Assembly (NCBI GenBank): GCA_038087875.1
Contig: JAXLNO010004250.1
Coordinates: 1-64,000 of the forward strand
Source: Malacoraja senta
Taxonomy: Eukaryota
Length of the DNA stretch: 64,000 nt
Direction of reading: 5' to 3'
Below the pieces are notes generated by a model. That model made no database searches. It was not told the origin of the DNA and saw only the letters and a program-made list of their open reading frames with translations. The first letter of the stretch is position 1. Every line of letters starts with the position of its first letter. Made by a program: the position numbers and the translations under genes. Positions 48,151 to 60,258 of this stretch are shown here, piece by piece.

Positions 48151-48499
48151 AATTCCCTGATAAAGATTCAGGCTAAGAGAACTGATAAAGATTCAGGCTA
48201 AAATCATAAAGGAATCCTAAGGTCTGAACGAGATAAAAGGGAGTCCAAATGGCTTTTACTGCACATTAACAATCGAAGGACTGTGGGGAGGCACTGAGAC
48301 GACGAACAACCAACGTTGGGAATAAGGTAGGGACATTTCTACACTTTTAACTTGTTTCCTATAACTGTGGCCATACTGCAACAAAACTGACCAATGTGAA
48401 CCTTAGAACAATCTGAAGTTGTGTGCAACTCTGTATTAATGCCATTTGGGGGAATAAACTGTCTCATGGTGTGTCGTTAAAGAATCACCAAAACAGGAG

Positions 48500-48821
48500 A
48501 ATCGACAAAGAAGTCAGTGGATGTTATTTACTTGGATTATCAAAAGGATTTTGATAAGGTGCCAAACAGGATTGGAGCTCCTGGTATTTGAAGCAAGGTT
48601 CCAGCATGGATAGTAGATTGGTTGACGGGCAGATTCAACGAGTGAGAATAAAGGGGGGCATTTCTGGTTGGCTGCCGGTGACCAGTGGTGTTCCACGGGG
48701 GTAGGTGTAGGGGCCGCTACTTTACACCTCATGTGCTAATGGGCTGGATGGATGAATTGGTGGCTTTGTGGACAAATTTTCAGACGATACGAAAAGAGGT
48801 GGAGGTGGCAGTTGTGTAGAT
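48500..48821 (+). mobile_element. Old CR1 fragment hosting the full-length L1 (continues at 61428-61530)
   Basis: VDVIYLDYQKDFDKVP...KFSDDTKRGG on the left; VDEAWRLQNDVDRLGE on the right of the L1. Confidence 0.75.
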
Positions 48822-49158
48822 TTTTATTTTTTTATTTTTTTTATTTTTATTTATTATTTTTATATACATTACAACCACATATATTAGTACTCGTCACTTA
48901 TGTCTTCTTACAATTAATGTACTCCATTTATTTTTTACACTAGAAAAAGAAAAGATTGAAAGAAAGAAGAAAGTGAAGGAAAAAGTGAAAGTGTAGAAAA
49001 TGTGACAACAAAAAAGGACGAAGACCCTATAAGAGCAAAATTAAAAACAAAAGAAAATGAGTTAATAAATAGACCCTAGAAAAGAAAGAGAAAGAGAAAG
49101 AGGAAAAAGAGAGAAACAAATATTTTTATGAGCATTACGTAAATGGGACATACCAACT

Positions 49159-49252
49159 CTGAAGAAGGGTTTTGGCCCGAAACGTTACCTATTTCCTTCG
49201 CTCCATAGATGCTGCTGCACCCGCTGAGTTTCTCCAGCATTTTTGTGTACCT
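49159..49252 (+). ncRNA. Penelope-derived short insertion with the best-preserved minimal hammerhead-like core (49159-49186)
   Basis: CUGAAGA-A-GGGU(UUUG)GCCC-GAAAC-GUU. The equivalent site in the other L1 copies (about 725-740) is empty. Activity untested. Confidence 0.45.
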
Positions 49253-51722
49253 TCTTCAACTAGCACCTCCCCTTACCTGACCTCAATTTTTTTTTAAGTA
49301 CTTTTGCACCCTATATTTGTAATAATTCTATAAATGCAGACCACGTCAGGTGGAAGTGATCTGGTTTACCTGCTAGGAGGAGTCTTATCTCTTCTAGGTG
49401 TAATGTTTCGAACATATTTGAAGTCCACATATTTATAGTTGGTATCGGAGCCTTCTTCCAAAATTTTAGAATTCGCTTTTTTCCAGTTATTAACCCATAG
49501 TCCATTAGTTTCTTTTGAAACACATTTAGTTCTGGGCCATCTTCCGTTATTCCGAAGATAATCCATTCTGCTTTGGGTATCAGTCTTATTTTAAATAACT
49601 TTGTAAAGATTTCAAAAATTTCATTCCAAATTTTTTTAATTTTTGTACAGAAAACAAATGAGTGCGCTATAGTAGCTTCTTGGGATTGACATTTATCACA
49701 AATAGATGATACATTTGGGAAAATTTTATGAATTTTAGTTTTCAAATAATATAATCTATGTAAAATTTTAAATTGTATTAAAGTGTGTCTTACATTAATC
49801 GAACATTTATGCATGTTTAATAAGTGTTCATTCCAACTTTCCTTTGAAATTTTAATAGCTAACTCTTGTTCCCAGTCTCTTCTGATACCCTCCGTAGATG
49901 GTATTTGTACATTTAAGATAATATTATACAAATATATTAAGTTTGCTGATTCAGCTTTTATCTGCATTGCCTCATCCAATACATCTACTGGGTTATTATA
50001 ATGATCTTTTGTATATTTTTTCAAATAGTCGCATATTTGAAAATATTTCAAATATTGATTATTTCCGAGTTTATATTTTATTTGTAATTGTTGAAATGAA
50101 AGTAATTTTCCAGTTTCATACAAGTCACCAAGCGTTTTAATTCCTAGTCTATCCCAATGTGTAAAAGCTATATCTATAATAGAGGGATTAAACGAAGGGT
50201 TATTAACTATAGGTAATAAAAGTGATAAATTTCTTCATTTTAAATTTTGTTTTATTTGTTTCCAAATTCGGATTGTACTATGAATAATTGGGTTTTTATT
50301 ATAATTTATGTTATTCAATTTCATTGGAGAAAGGAGGATCGCTCCAATGTTTCCAGAGGAGCAATCCTCTTTCTCCATTACAATCCAGTCCACTTGCTGG
50401 GCGGAGTTATCCATCAGTTGAATCATATTTTTAATATTTACTGACCAATAATAATACATAAAGTTAGGTAGTGCTAAACCCCCTAATACTTTAGGTTTAT
50501 TCAGATGAGTTTTTTGTATTCTATGTGATTTATAGTCCCATATAAAATTAGTGATATCTGAGTCGAGTTTTTTTTTTAAACTTCTTTGGTAAGTATATAG
50601 GAATCGATTGAAATAGGTATAAAATTTGTGGTAGAAAGATCATTTTTATTGCGTTTATTCGGCCTATTAAAGACATCGGGAGCGTTTTCCAGAATTTAAT
50701 TAGTGTGTTTAATTTATTAAGTAGGGGGTCAAAATTTGCCCTAAACATACCTTGATATGTTCTGGTAATTTCGATTCCCAAGTATTTAAATTTTTCTGTA
50801 GCTATTTTAAAAGGGAATTTTAAAAGATGTGTTGAATCTTTCGGTTTTATTGACATAATTTCACTTTTATTCCAATTTATTCTATATCCAGAAAAAGATC
50901 CAAAGTCTTCAATTAAATTTAATATATTTGGTATAGTGATTTGAGGTTTTGTAATGTACAGTAATATATCATCCGCGTATAAAGATATTTTATTATATGA
51001 GTCTTTAGTATTATATCCATGGATATCAGGGTGTATTCTAATTTTTTCTGCTAGCGGTTCAATAATGAGAGCAAACAGTTGTGGTGATAATGAGCATCCT
51101 TGTCTATTTCCCCTTGATAGTTGGAATTTTGAGGATAATATGTTATTAGTTAGTATTCTAGCTGTAGGTTTGTTATATAGTAACTTGATCCATAGAATAA
51201 AATTCTCCCCCAGTTGAAATTTTTGTAATACTTTGTCCATATAATTCCATTCTACTTGATCAAATGCTTTTTCAGCATCCAGCGAAATAATTGATAATTC
51301 TTGATCTTCAGATTTGTGTGAGTGCATTATGTTGAGTAGACGTCTCATATTGTTAGATGAGTATCTCTTAGGGATAAACCCCGTCTGATCTGGGTTTATT
51401 AATTTACTAATGTATTTACTTAATCTTCTAGCTAATGTTTTCGCTAATATTTTTTGATCTGTGATTAACAATGCTATAGCTCTATATGGACCAGGTTCTT
51501 CTAAATCTTTGTTTTTCTTAGGTATTAGTATAATCGTTGATTCCGCTAATGTATCAGGTAGTATTCGTTTTTTATAAGCATATTGGTACATTTTTTGTAC
51601 TCTTGGTATTATTTTATCATAAAAGCTTTTATAAAATTCATTAGTAAATCCATCAGGGCCTGGTGTTTTTCCATTCTTTAGTGAGTTTATTGTATCTTCT
51701 AATTCCTTAATTGAGATTTGTG

Positions 51723-52514
51723 TGATAAAGCTGAATTACGTTAAAAATATAAGAAAAGCTTACAGCTTATATTTAGTCTCAAATCAGGCTTTTCTCCAGT
51801 AGAATAATACAGAAAGGCAAGTTAAGTTGCCTCGGGTTTTGGGGTATTGAGATAATAAATACCATAACATTGTCTCCCAAGTGAGGAAGTGACAGAGAAA
51901 GAAACAACTAGTCACATCTTTGAAGTAAGATGCCATGAACCAAATGACCAATGTTTATGGGGGAGGAGGCAATAAAGGAAGAGAGAAACAGCTAGTCACA
52001 TCTTTGAAGTAAGACGCTGTAAACCAAATGACCAATGTTTAGGAGGGGCGAAGTGATGAGAGAGGATCCAGGGAAGTGGAAAGATAAGATGCCATAAAAC
52101 AAATGGCCTATGTTTATGAAGGACCAAGTGACAGAGAGGAAACAGCGAAAGAGCTAGGGTGATCTCTTTGAAGATAAGATGCCATAAAACAAATGGCCAA
52201 TGTTTTTAGTATATCATAACCTGTAAACAAAAGGCCTTTGATGTGATGCCTTTTCCTGTACCTCTGACCATGACTAATGTCTGTGGAATGTGCTAATGTG
52301 ACAAAGAAACACTATATAATGCGATGTAATTCTGTTGTTCAGAGAAGGGGACCGAGGACAGTCGAGTGTCTACATTGGTCACTTAGCTGGAATTCTCGCT
52401 CCCTTCCATCGGCCGATGTTAAGTAAAGTTTTGAACTGGTCTACCAAACAGTTTGTGTGGTGTCTGTTTATTAAGAAGCGAACCTGTTTAGTTGTTATAA
52501 AAGTAACTTTTTCA
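51723..52514 (+). repeat. ERV 5' LTR (792 bp)
   Basis: U3 with duplicated enhancer-like blocks (CCAAT, AGATAA); TATA-like ctatataa at about 52312. Confidence 0.93.
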
Positions 52515-53157
52515 TTGGCGTAGTTATGCAGGCCTCGCTGGGACCACATCAACGGCTGACTGTGCAAGAGGTTGCAGAGGTTGCCGGGATTGGAAGGGAG
52601 ATAACTGAGCTCTATCGGCCCCCTTGTAAGACCGACTCCCTAGAAACTCCCGGGAACGTCTGTGATCCTTCATCAGAGGTTGATCCAGGTTCCCTGCCGA
52701 GGTTCTTAGAAACAGACCAAGGTAAGACCAGTTGGGCTTTATAGGGGTTTTTTTTTAAGAAGGGATTGTGTATGTATTTTAAAGACAGAATTGTGCATGT
52801 ATTTTTAAGAAGGGCTTGTGTATATTGTTAAGAAGGATGTGAGTGGTTTCTCTTTCTCTCTCTCTCTGTCTATCTCTCTTTGTTTTTTTCTTTTCTCTCT
52901 ACTAAGGGCTTATCGGCCTCGTTGAGACATCCGTGTTTTGTCGGGTTGAGATACGGGAGGTGAGGTGTGCGTCTGGCTTATTGAAACATCCGGGGAGTTG
53001 TCGGATTGAGAAATAAGTGGCGTTGTATATTAAAGAGTAAGAAGTCAGCCAAATTGAGAAACTGGGGTCTCGAGTCGCGGGTCGGCCTGGTTGATATATT
53101 TGGAACGATTCGGAATTAAGAAGTCTGCTTTCTCTTTCTCTTTCTCTCTATCTATCT

Positions 53158-54141
53158 ATGGGGAATGCTCTGGATAACAGTGAGGGGGGAACCCCCGTCC
53201 AACATATGTGTTATTTGAATCCTAAGTATAATAAGACATTTAGAATGTTAAGTTACAAGTTGACCAAACGGTTGGGGGATGAAGCCGCGCCAGTAGGGGG
53301 CACATGGAATGTCGAGACAATTAAAAAAGCAGAAATGTTGATATGGGAAAGGAAGGCAGGAAAGAAATGGAAGAAGGGAATTAAGATGTGGAAAGCAGAA
53401 GCAGAGAAGAAGCATGAGGAGAGTAGAGATCGAAGTTGGATGGATACTGCGTGTAAACAAGGGATAGAGTTACGAAATAAGGATGGCACTATGAATGGAT
53501 GGAAAGTATTGCAACTAGAATGCCAGTGGGCGGAGGAACAAGAGAAAATAATTAAGAGACAGGCAGGAGGTGAGAAACAGGTGATGGTTAGTAAAAATAA
53601 CCTCAGTACTGGTAAATCCTCTGGAGGAGACTTCATGTCTGGCACGACGACCCTGTTTGGTAGTGAAGATGAGGAGTTAGATAATCCTGGGAGATGTCCA
53701 CCTCCCTACGTCCTACCAGTAGCGATGGCATACTTACCTGTGGCAGCTCCGTCAGTAATATCCCTATACCTTAAAGTTCTGACCTTACAAAGCTCCCCAG
53801 GATTGGGAGCACGGGAATGCCTTTCTGTGCGTTATTTGCTTAAGGCATTGATGATACCAGAACAGCTGACCATTATTAAATGTGCTGCACACACTGGTGC
53901 TGGGGACCCTATAACAAAAGGCAATGCATTTGCCGATAGTGTAGCCAAACAAGCAGCCTATGCATACAAATGCTTAGTGACAGCAGGTAAACAGATGTTA
54001 GCAAATAGAACGGTCCTGCCAAACATGAGGGAAGTATGTACATTACAGAGGGACGCCTCTGATAACCCAAAACAACTATGGAAACAAGAGGGCTGTGCCA
54101 TTGATTCGGCTCACCCCGCTTGGACAAGTTGGTGTATCTGA
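53158..54141 (+). CDS. Chimeric ERV ORF: Gag N-terminus (MG myristoylation signal, PPPY late domain) fused in frame to RNase H C-terminus
   Basis: MGNALD...RCPPPY...; then LLKALMIPEQLTIIKCAAHTGAGDPITKGNAFADSVAKQAA. No capsid, protease or RT between them. Confidence 0.75.
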   Translation: MGNALDNSEGGTPVQHMCYLNPKYNKTFRMLSYKLTKRLGDEAAPVGGTWNVETIKKAEMLIWERKAGKKWKKGIKMWKAEAEKKHEESRDRSWMDTACKQGIELRNKDGTMNGWKVLQLECQWAEEQEKIIKRQAGGEKQVMVSKNNLSTGKSSGGDFMSGTTTLFGSEDEELDNPGRCPPPYVLPVAMAYLPVAAPSVISLYLKVLTLQSSPGLGARECLSVRYLLKALMIPEQLTIIKCAAHTGAGDPITKGNAFADSVAKQAAYAYKCLVTAGKQMLANRTVLPNMREVCTLQRDASDNPKQLWKQEGCAIDSAHPAWTSWCI

Positions 54142-54709
54142 TGCATTTTTACCTGTTTTACTAACATATATTCACTCTCTTACCCATGCTGGTAAGGAGG
54201 GAATGATAAGGATGACAAAGGAAACGTGGTGGCACCTAAAAATCCGGCAAGAGGCACTGAAGCAGGCCTCTGAATGTAAAATTTGCCAACGAAATAATCC
54301 AGGCAAACCAATTAGGATACCCTCAGGGGTGACACCAATGCCATCACGACCGTTTGAATGCATACAGATTGATTTTATTGAAATGCCAAGGGCCCAGTGT
54401 TATAAATATTGCTTAGTTATTTTAGATTTATTTAGCAGGTGGATTGAAGCTCCACCAACCACTAATGATACTGCTGAGACTACAGTAACATTGGTGTTAA
54501 GGGAAGTTATTCCCAGGTTTGGCCTACCTACTGTCATAAGCTTGGACAATGGTCCCCATTTTATTGCCACTATTAATAAGGAAATATGTACACATTTTTA
54601 TATCCGACAGCAATTTCACTGTGTACATCACCCACAGGCATCTGGGATGGTGGAAAGAGCCTATGGGGCATTGCAAAACAAAATTACCCCGGGGGAATCC
54701 TTTTTCTGA
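54095..54709 (+). pseudogene. Retroviral integrase (HHCC zinc finger + D,D,E core), truncated; C-terminal remnant at 56003-56080
   Basis: IHSLTHAG...CKICQ; IQIDF, SLDNGPHF, SGMVER; later QVLSTT*TAVKIEDHRRWIHLIDCER. Confidence 0.85.
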
Positions 54710-55596
54710 CAAGCAACTATGTTATAGAAAAATTGGGGATGAAGACAAATTCGGTGGAGAAATGAGGATAGGATAGGGAGACTGAAAAGTCACGGGGAGT
54801 CTGAATAATCATGATCTGGATCAAAGTATAATTAGGGTTAGGTAACCAGGATTCTGGTAAACAGAAGTCTTGTCAGAAAAAGGGAAAGTAAATTACAAAG
54901 AGACGTCTTTGAAGATGAAATATTATATACTGCTGGTAAAACAATTTTTTTGTGTGTATGTACTGCTTGTAAAACAATGTTTTTTCTATGTGGAATGTGT
55001 GAAATTTGAAGCAATGAGCAAAAGTGTGAGTCCCTTTAAGAACAGTTTGTCCTTTAAAATGCAAATGAACAGGCAGGTTATGGTGTGTTCCTTTAAGACA
55101 CTGCCATGAATGGGGGGTGGAGTTATACTCAAATGATAAAATGTGTTGGAGCAAATGATAAAATGTGTTGGTTGTTATAAATCTTTTGAGCCGAGTTCAA
55201 AAAGAGACTCATCCCAATTAAAGTGTTAAATGAGATTGGAAATGTCAAAATTACAGAGAAAAAGAAAATGTATTATTGATTACTGATTCTGAGTGAGTTC
55301 TTTTGGGATTGTTTTGATGTGATAACAGAGGTTGTCCTTTAAAATGCAAATGAAGCAAGATTATGGTCTGCAGAGAACAAAGGTGTTGAAGCATGTGCTG
55401 TGTAAGGGAAATGAATGTACATGTAAAATTGTCTTATGGCTTACAAAAGGGGGTTTGAGGGATCTCATAATGAGGGATAAAAGGTGAGAAGATAAGTAGA
55501 TTGGGGAAGAGAACATATTTGGAGAATTTAATATTTAGGTGGGGAGAGCCTCTTCAGATATAATCGGATTAAAGAATAAGTTCACAGAGAAGTGTT

Positions 55597-55722
55597 TAAG
55601 AAGGAACTGCAGATGCTGGAAAATCAAAGGTAGCCAAAAGTGCTGGAGAAACTCAGGGGATGAGGCAGCATCTATGGAGCGAAGGAAATAGGCATCATTT
55701 TGGGCCGAAGCCCTTCTTCAGA
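55597..55722 (-). mobile_element. Penelope-derived short repeat inside the ERV, degenerate hammerhead-like core
   Basis: Minus strand ctgaagaagggcttcggcccaaaatg followed by the family tail. Confidence 0.7.
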
Positions 55723-56331
55723 GTAGATTGGGGTTATTCAACTGCAGCTAGAGAAACAGAATTTACAACTTTTTTATTGATACAGGAAAGGCTGCTGTGC
55801 CCACCCCCTGGAGAGTGGGGGGAAGCCAACCACAGGCCCTGGGCAATTAACTAATTATGTATGGACAGCAATTAACCCAGGTCTTGCCAGATCTGCATTC
55901 CCAGGTTAGAGGAGCTGTGAGCACAGGGACGAGTCCATAAATGCTACAAAATGACCATGTGCTGGGACAAGAAGAAATTAAGATTGTGTTGAAAGGAAAA
56001 ACCAAGTGCTATCAACAACATAAACTGCTGTGAAGATTGAAGATCATCGTCGTTGGATACATTTGATTGACTGTGAACGGTTTGTGGAGCTATTGACCCT
56101 CTTTTATTCTGGGGTGGCCCACATGGACTGGACTTTCTTCAGAATGGCAAACTTGCGGACTAACCCACATTTAAAGGATTTTAAACAAGATTGGAGTCAA
56201 ACATGACAAATGCAGCAAAGATACCCTGACTACAGACAGTAAGATAATTTGCCTGATGAGATGCTTATGGTCTTTCGTATGTACTCGGCAAGGACTGTAG
56301 TTATTATCAAGATTTTGATAAAAGGATGGAA

Positions 56332-57123
56332 TGATAAAGCTGAATTACGTTAAAAATATAAGAAAAGCTTACAGCTTATATTTAGTCTCAAATCAGGCTT
56401 TTCTCCAGTAGAATAATACAGAAAGGCAAGTTAAGTTGCCTCGGGTTTTGGGGTATTGAGATAATAAATACCATAACATTGTCTCCCAAGTGAGGAAGTG
56501 ACAGAGAAAGAAACAACTAGTCACATCTTTGAAGTAAGATGCCATGAACCAAATGACCAATGTTTATGGGGGAGGAGGCAATAAAGGAAGAGAGAAACAG
56601 CTAGTCACATCTTTGAAGTAAGACGCTGTAAACCAAATGACCAATGTTTAGGAGGGGCGAAGTGATGAGAGAGGATCCAGGGAAGTGGAAAGATAAGATG
56701 CCATAAAACAAATGGCCTATGTTTATGAAGGACCAAGTGACAGAGAGGAAACAGCGAAAGAGCTAGGGTGATCTCTTTGAAGATAAGATGCCATAAAACA
56801 AATGGCCAATGTTTTTAGTATATCATAACCTGTAAACAAAAGGCCTTTGATGTGATGCCTTTTCCTGTACCTCTGACCATGACTAATGTCTGTGGAATGT
56901 GCTAATGTGACAAAGAAACACTATATAATGCGATGTAATTCTGTTGTTCAGAGAAGGGGACCGAGGACAGTCGAGTGTCTACATTGGTCACTTAGCTGGA
57001 ATTCTCGCTCCCTTCCATCGGCCGATGTTAAGTAAAGTTTTGAACTGGTCTACCAAACAGTTTGTGTGGTGTCTGTTTATTAAGAAGCGAACCTGTTTAG
57101 TTGTTATAAAAGTAACTTTTTCA
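56332..57123 (+). repeat. ERV 3' LTR (792 bp)
   Basis: No difference from the 5' LTR found on reading through. Confidence 0.93.
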
Positions 57124-58870
57124 TGTGCACCCAATTCCTCTTGTTCCTTCAGCTCTAACTTTGGAAGATTACAGTTATCCAAAAACTTTGTGATATTATT
57201 GGAATCAATTGTTGTTTTAGATGTATACAAATTCTCATAAAATTGCGCAAATCTTTTATTAATATCCTTCGGTGTTGTTAATAATTCCCCTTTATCTGAT
57301 TTGATCTTTGGTATAGTATGTTCCTTTTCTCGTTTTTTTAGCTGGCGAGCCAAAAGTTTATGCGGTTTATCCCCAAATTCAAAGTGCTCTTGTTTTGTAA
57401 TTTGAAAAAGTCTTATAAGTTTGGTAGATAATAATTTATTTAATTTAAATTTCAAAATTATTATTTTATTATGTTTATCTATTGATGGATCTTTAGCATT
57501 ATCTATATCCATTTGTCTAATAAGTTCTTCTAACTGTCTTTGTTCATTCTTATTCTTTTTATTTTGAAAAGCTTGATATGAAATTATAATACCCCTAATG
57601 TATGCTTTAAAAGATTCCCATAATACAGTAGGCGATATATCTGGAGTATCATTTATTTGAAAAAAGACCTCCATTTGTTCTTTTAAATATATACTCGCTT
57701 GTGAATCTTTTAGAATTTGAGAATTAAATCTCCAAAACGATTTATTCTAAAACATTCCTTCCAGTTTTAAAAAGAAAGTTAGTGGAGAATGGTCTGAAAT
57801 CGAATTTGTGTGGTATATTGCGTTAGATGTTTGGGGGATTAATTTTGTATCCAGCAGAAAGTAGTCTATACGTGAGTATGTCTTATGTACCATTGAATAA
57901 AACGAGTATTCCCTGCCAGTTGGATTAACAATTCTCCAAACATCTGCTATATTAGTATTGTTTATATAGGTATTGAGAAGTTCCCCGGTTTTCGATTTCA
58001 TATTCCCTCTCTGTTTTTGGCTTGATTTATCTAAGTACGGATCTAAAACACAGTTAAAGTCTACTCCTATTATAACATTTTGATAGTTAGACTGCAATTA
58101 TGTTGAAAATTTTATTGAAAAAGTGGGGGTTATCAAAGTTAGGGGCATATATATTTACCAAGGTAAGTGGAGTATCATGGATTTCTCCATTAACTATTAG
58201 GTATCTCCCTTCTATATCTATTATGATATTCTTTGCTTTAAATGGTATACCTTTTCTTATAATGATTGACGTGCCTCTAGATTTTGAAGTAAATGAAGAA
58301 TGGTATGTTTGACCTATCCATTTCGCCCTCAACCTAACTTGATCCTGAGATTTTAAGTGTTTCTTGTAGGAAGGTAATGTCGGAGTTGTACAGTTTCAGC
58401 TCAGCTAGTATCTTACCCCTTTTAATAGGTTCGTTAATACCTCTTATATTCCAACTACAAAATGAGATTCCTCCTAGGTTCTTTTGTTTGGTGTCATGCA
58501 TTTTGAATAATTATAGTACCTTTAAATCTTGTGGTGCATCCATATCCCAGGTCTTTGGGTATTGGAGGAACTTTTGAGTTTTTAAGTTTTGTTGGTATGT
58601 CCATTTTACGCTTATCACTAAACACAAAACACAAACATGTGATTTTATGTGATAAAAAAAAACCTAAAAAAGTGAAAATACAGTGTCTGATATAGTCGGC
58701 ACTGTAGCGAGTGTCCCACCTGTAGGTGGGAAAAAACCTTGTTTTGACTTCCATTGCGTTGTTACACAAATAGCTCCGCTCTCTTCGTTAATCATAACAT
58801 ATTAAAATATTAAAACGGGGCCTCACATACAGATATATAATACAATTTTACCCTGGATATTTCATTATAA

Positions 58871-59680
58871 CATAGAAACATAGAAACATAGAAATTAGGT
58901 GCAGGAGTAGGCCATTCGGCCCTTCGAGCCTGCACCGCCATTCAATATGATCATGGCTGATCATCCAACTCAGTATCCCGTACCTGCCTTCTCTCCATAC
59001 CCTCTGATCCCTTTAGCCACAAGGGCCACATCTAGCTCCCTCTTAAATATAGCCAATGAACTGGCCTCGACTACCCTCTGTGGCAGAGAGTTCCAGAGAT
59101 TCACCACTCTCTGTGTGAAAAAAGTTCTTCTCATCTCGGTTTTAAAGGATTTCCCCCTTATCCTTAAGCTGTGACCCCTTGTCCTGGACTTCCCCAACGT
59201 CGGGAGCAATCTTCCTGCATCTAGCCTGTCCAACCCCTTAAGAATTTTGTAAGTTTCTATAAGATCCCCTCTCAATCTCCTAAATTCTAGAGAGTATAAA
59301 CCAAGTCTATCCAGTCTTTCTTCATAAGACAGTCCTGACATCCCAGGAATCAGTCTGGTGAACCTTCTCTGCACTCCCTCTGTGGCAATAATGTCCTTCC
59401 TCAGATTTGGAGACCAAAACTGTACGCAATACTCCAGGTGTGGTCTCACCAAGACCCTGTACAACTGCAGTAGAACCTCCCTGCTCCTATACTCAAATCC
59501 TTTTGCTATGAAAGCTAACATACCATTCGCTTTCTTCACTGCCTGCTGCACCTGCATGCCTACTTTCAATGACTGGTGTACCATGACACCCAGGTCTCGC
59601 TGCATCTCCTTTTCCTAGTCGGCCACCATTTAGAAAATAGTCTGCTTTCCTGTTTTTGCCACCAAAATGGATAACCTCAC
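58871..59680 (-). mobile_element. CR1 3' fragment inserted in the L1 inter-ORF spacer
   Basis: (catagaaa)n tail at 58871; 211-aa ORF 58970-59605; absent from the spacer of the other L1 copies. Confidence 0.9.
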
Positions 59681-60258
59681 AACATATATATATATCGGAA
59701 TTTTAACTACTAATTATTAAACCGATACTTTTGACTTCAATAAGAATCAACTGTTGGTTGAAGGGGTTACCGAGACGTGCCCCTGGGCCTAAGCCAGGTG
59801 CTCGTTTCTCATCCCCTCCTCCCACTTACAGATAAAGTTTCAATTTATTAAAAATTCATATTAGTATGTTAGTTCGTTATTTTTTATTTTTGTTTTTGTT
59901 AGTATTCTAATCTAACATGCATAACTTATTAAGTTGTTAATAGGATAAGTTCTTACAATTGGTTATAATATTATAATCTAATAAGCAAGTAAATGCTTCT
60001 GGTATATACCATTCCCATCTGTTCAGCTGTTTACTCGTTTTGAACAGAAAGTGTCCTTGATTCAACATTCCAAAGATAACAGTCTAACTATCCCCAGACA
60101 AAGCATTGCTTAGAATGGTTCAGATCTGCCAAACCCCCCTTTGATTTCTATTTTTCAACGATAGTTTGGGCATATTTAAACGCGTCTTCAGGCTTAACAA
60201 ATGACTTTTCAAAATCCTTAAAGGAAATACGCATTTTCGCAGGGTAAAAAATCCCATA

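Larger units (their letters stand above)
51723..57123 (+). mobile_element. Internally deleted class I (epsilon/gamma-like) endogenous retrovirus, 4-bp TSD
   Basis: TG...CA LTRs 51723-52514 and 56332-57123; TSD TGTG (51719-51722, 57124-57127); PBS tggcgtagt at 52516; purine tract aaaaggatggaa before the 3' LTR. Confidence 0.93.

Noticed and set aside
55748-55850. KQNLQLFIDTG as a retroviral protease motif
   Set aside because: It is short, out of the expected gene order (after the integrase core), and has no further protease similarity.
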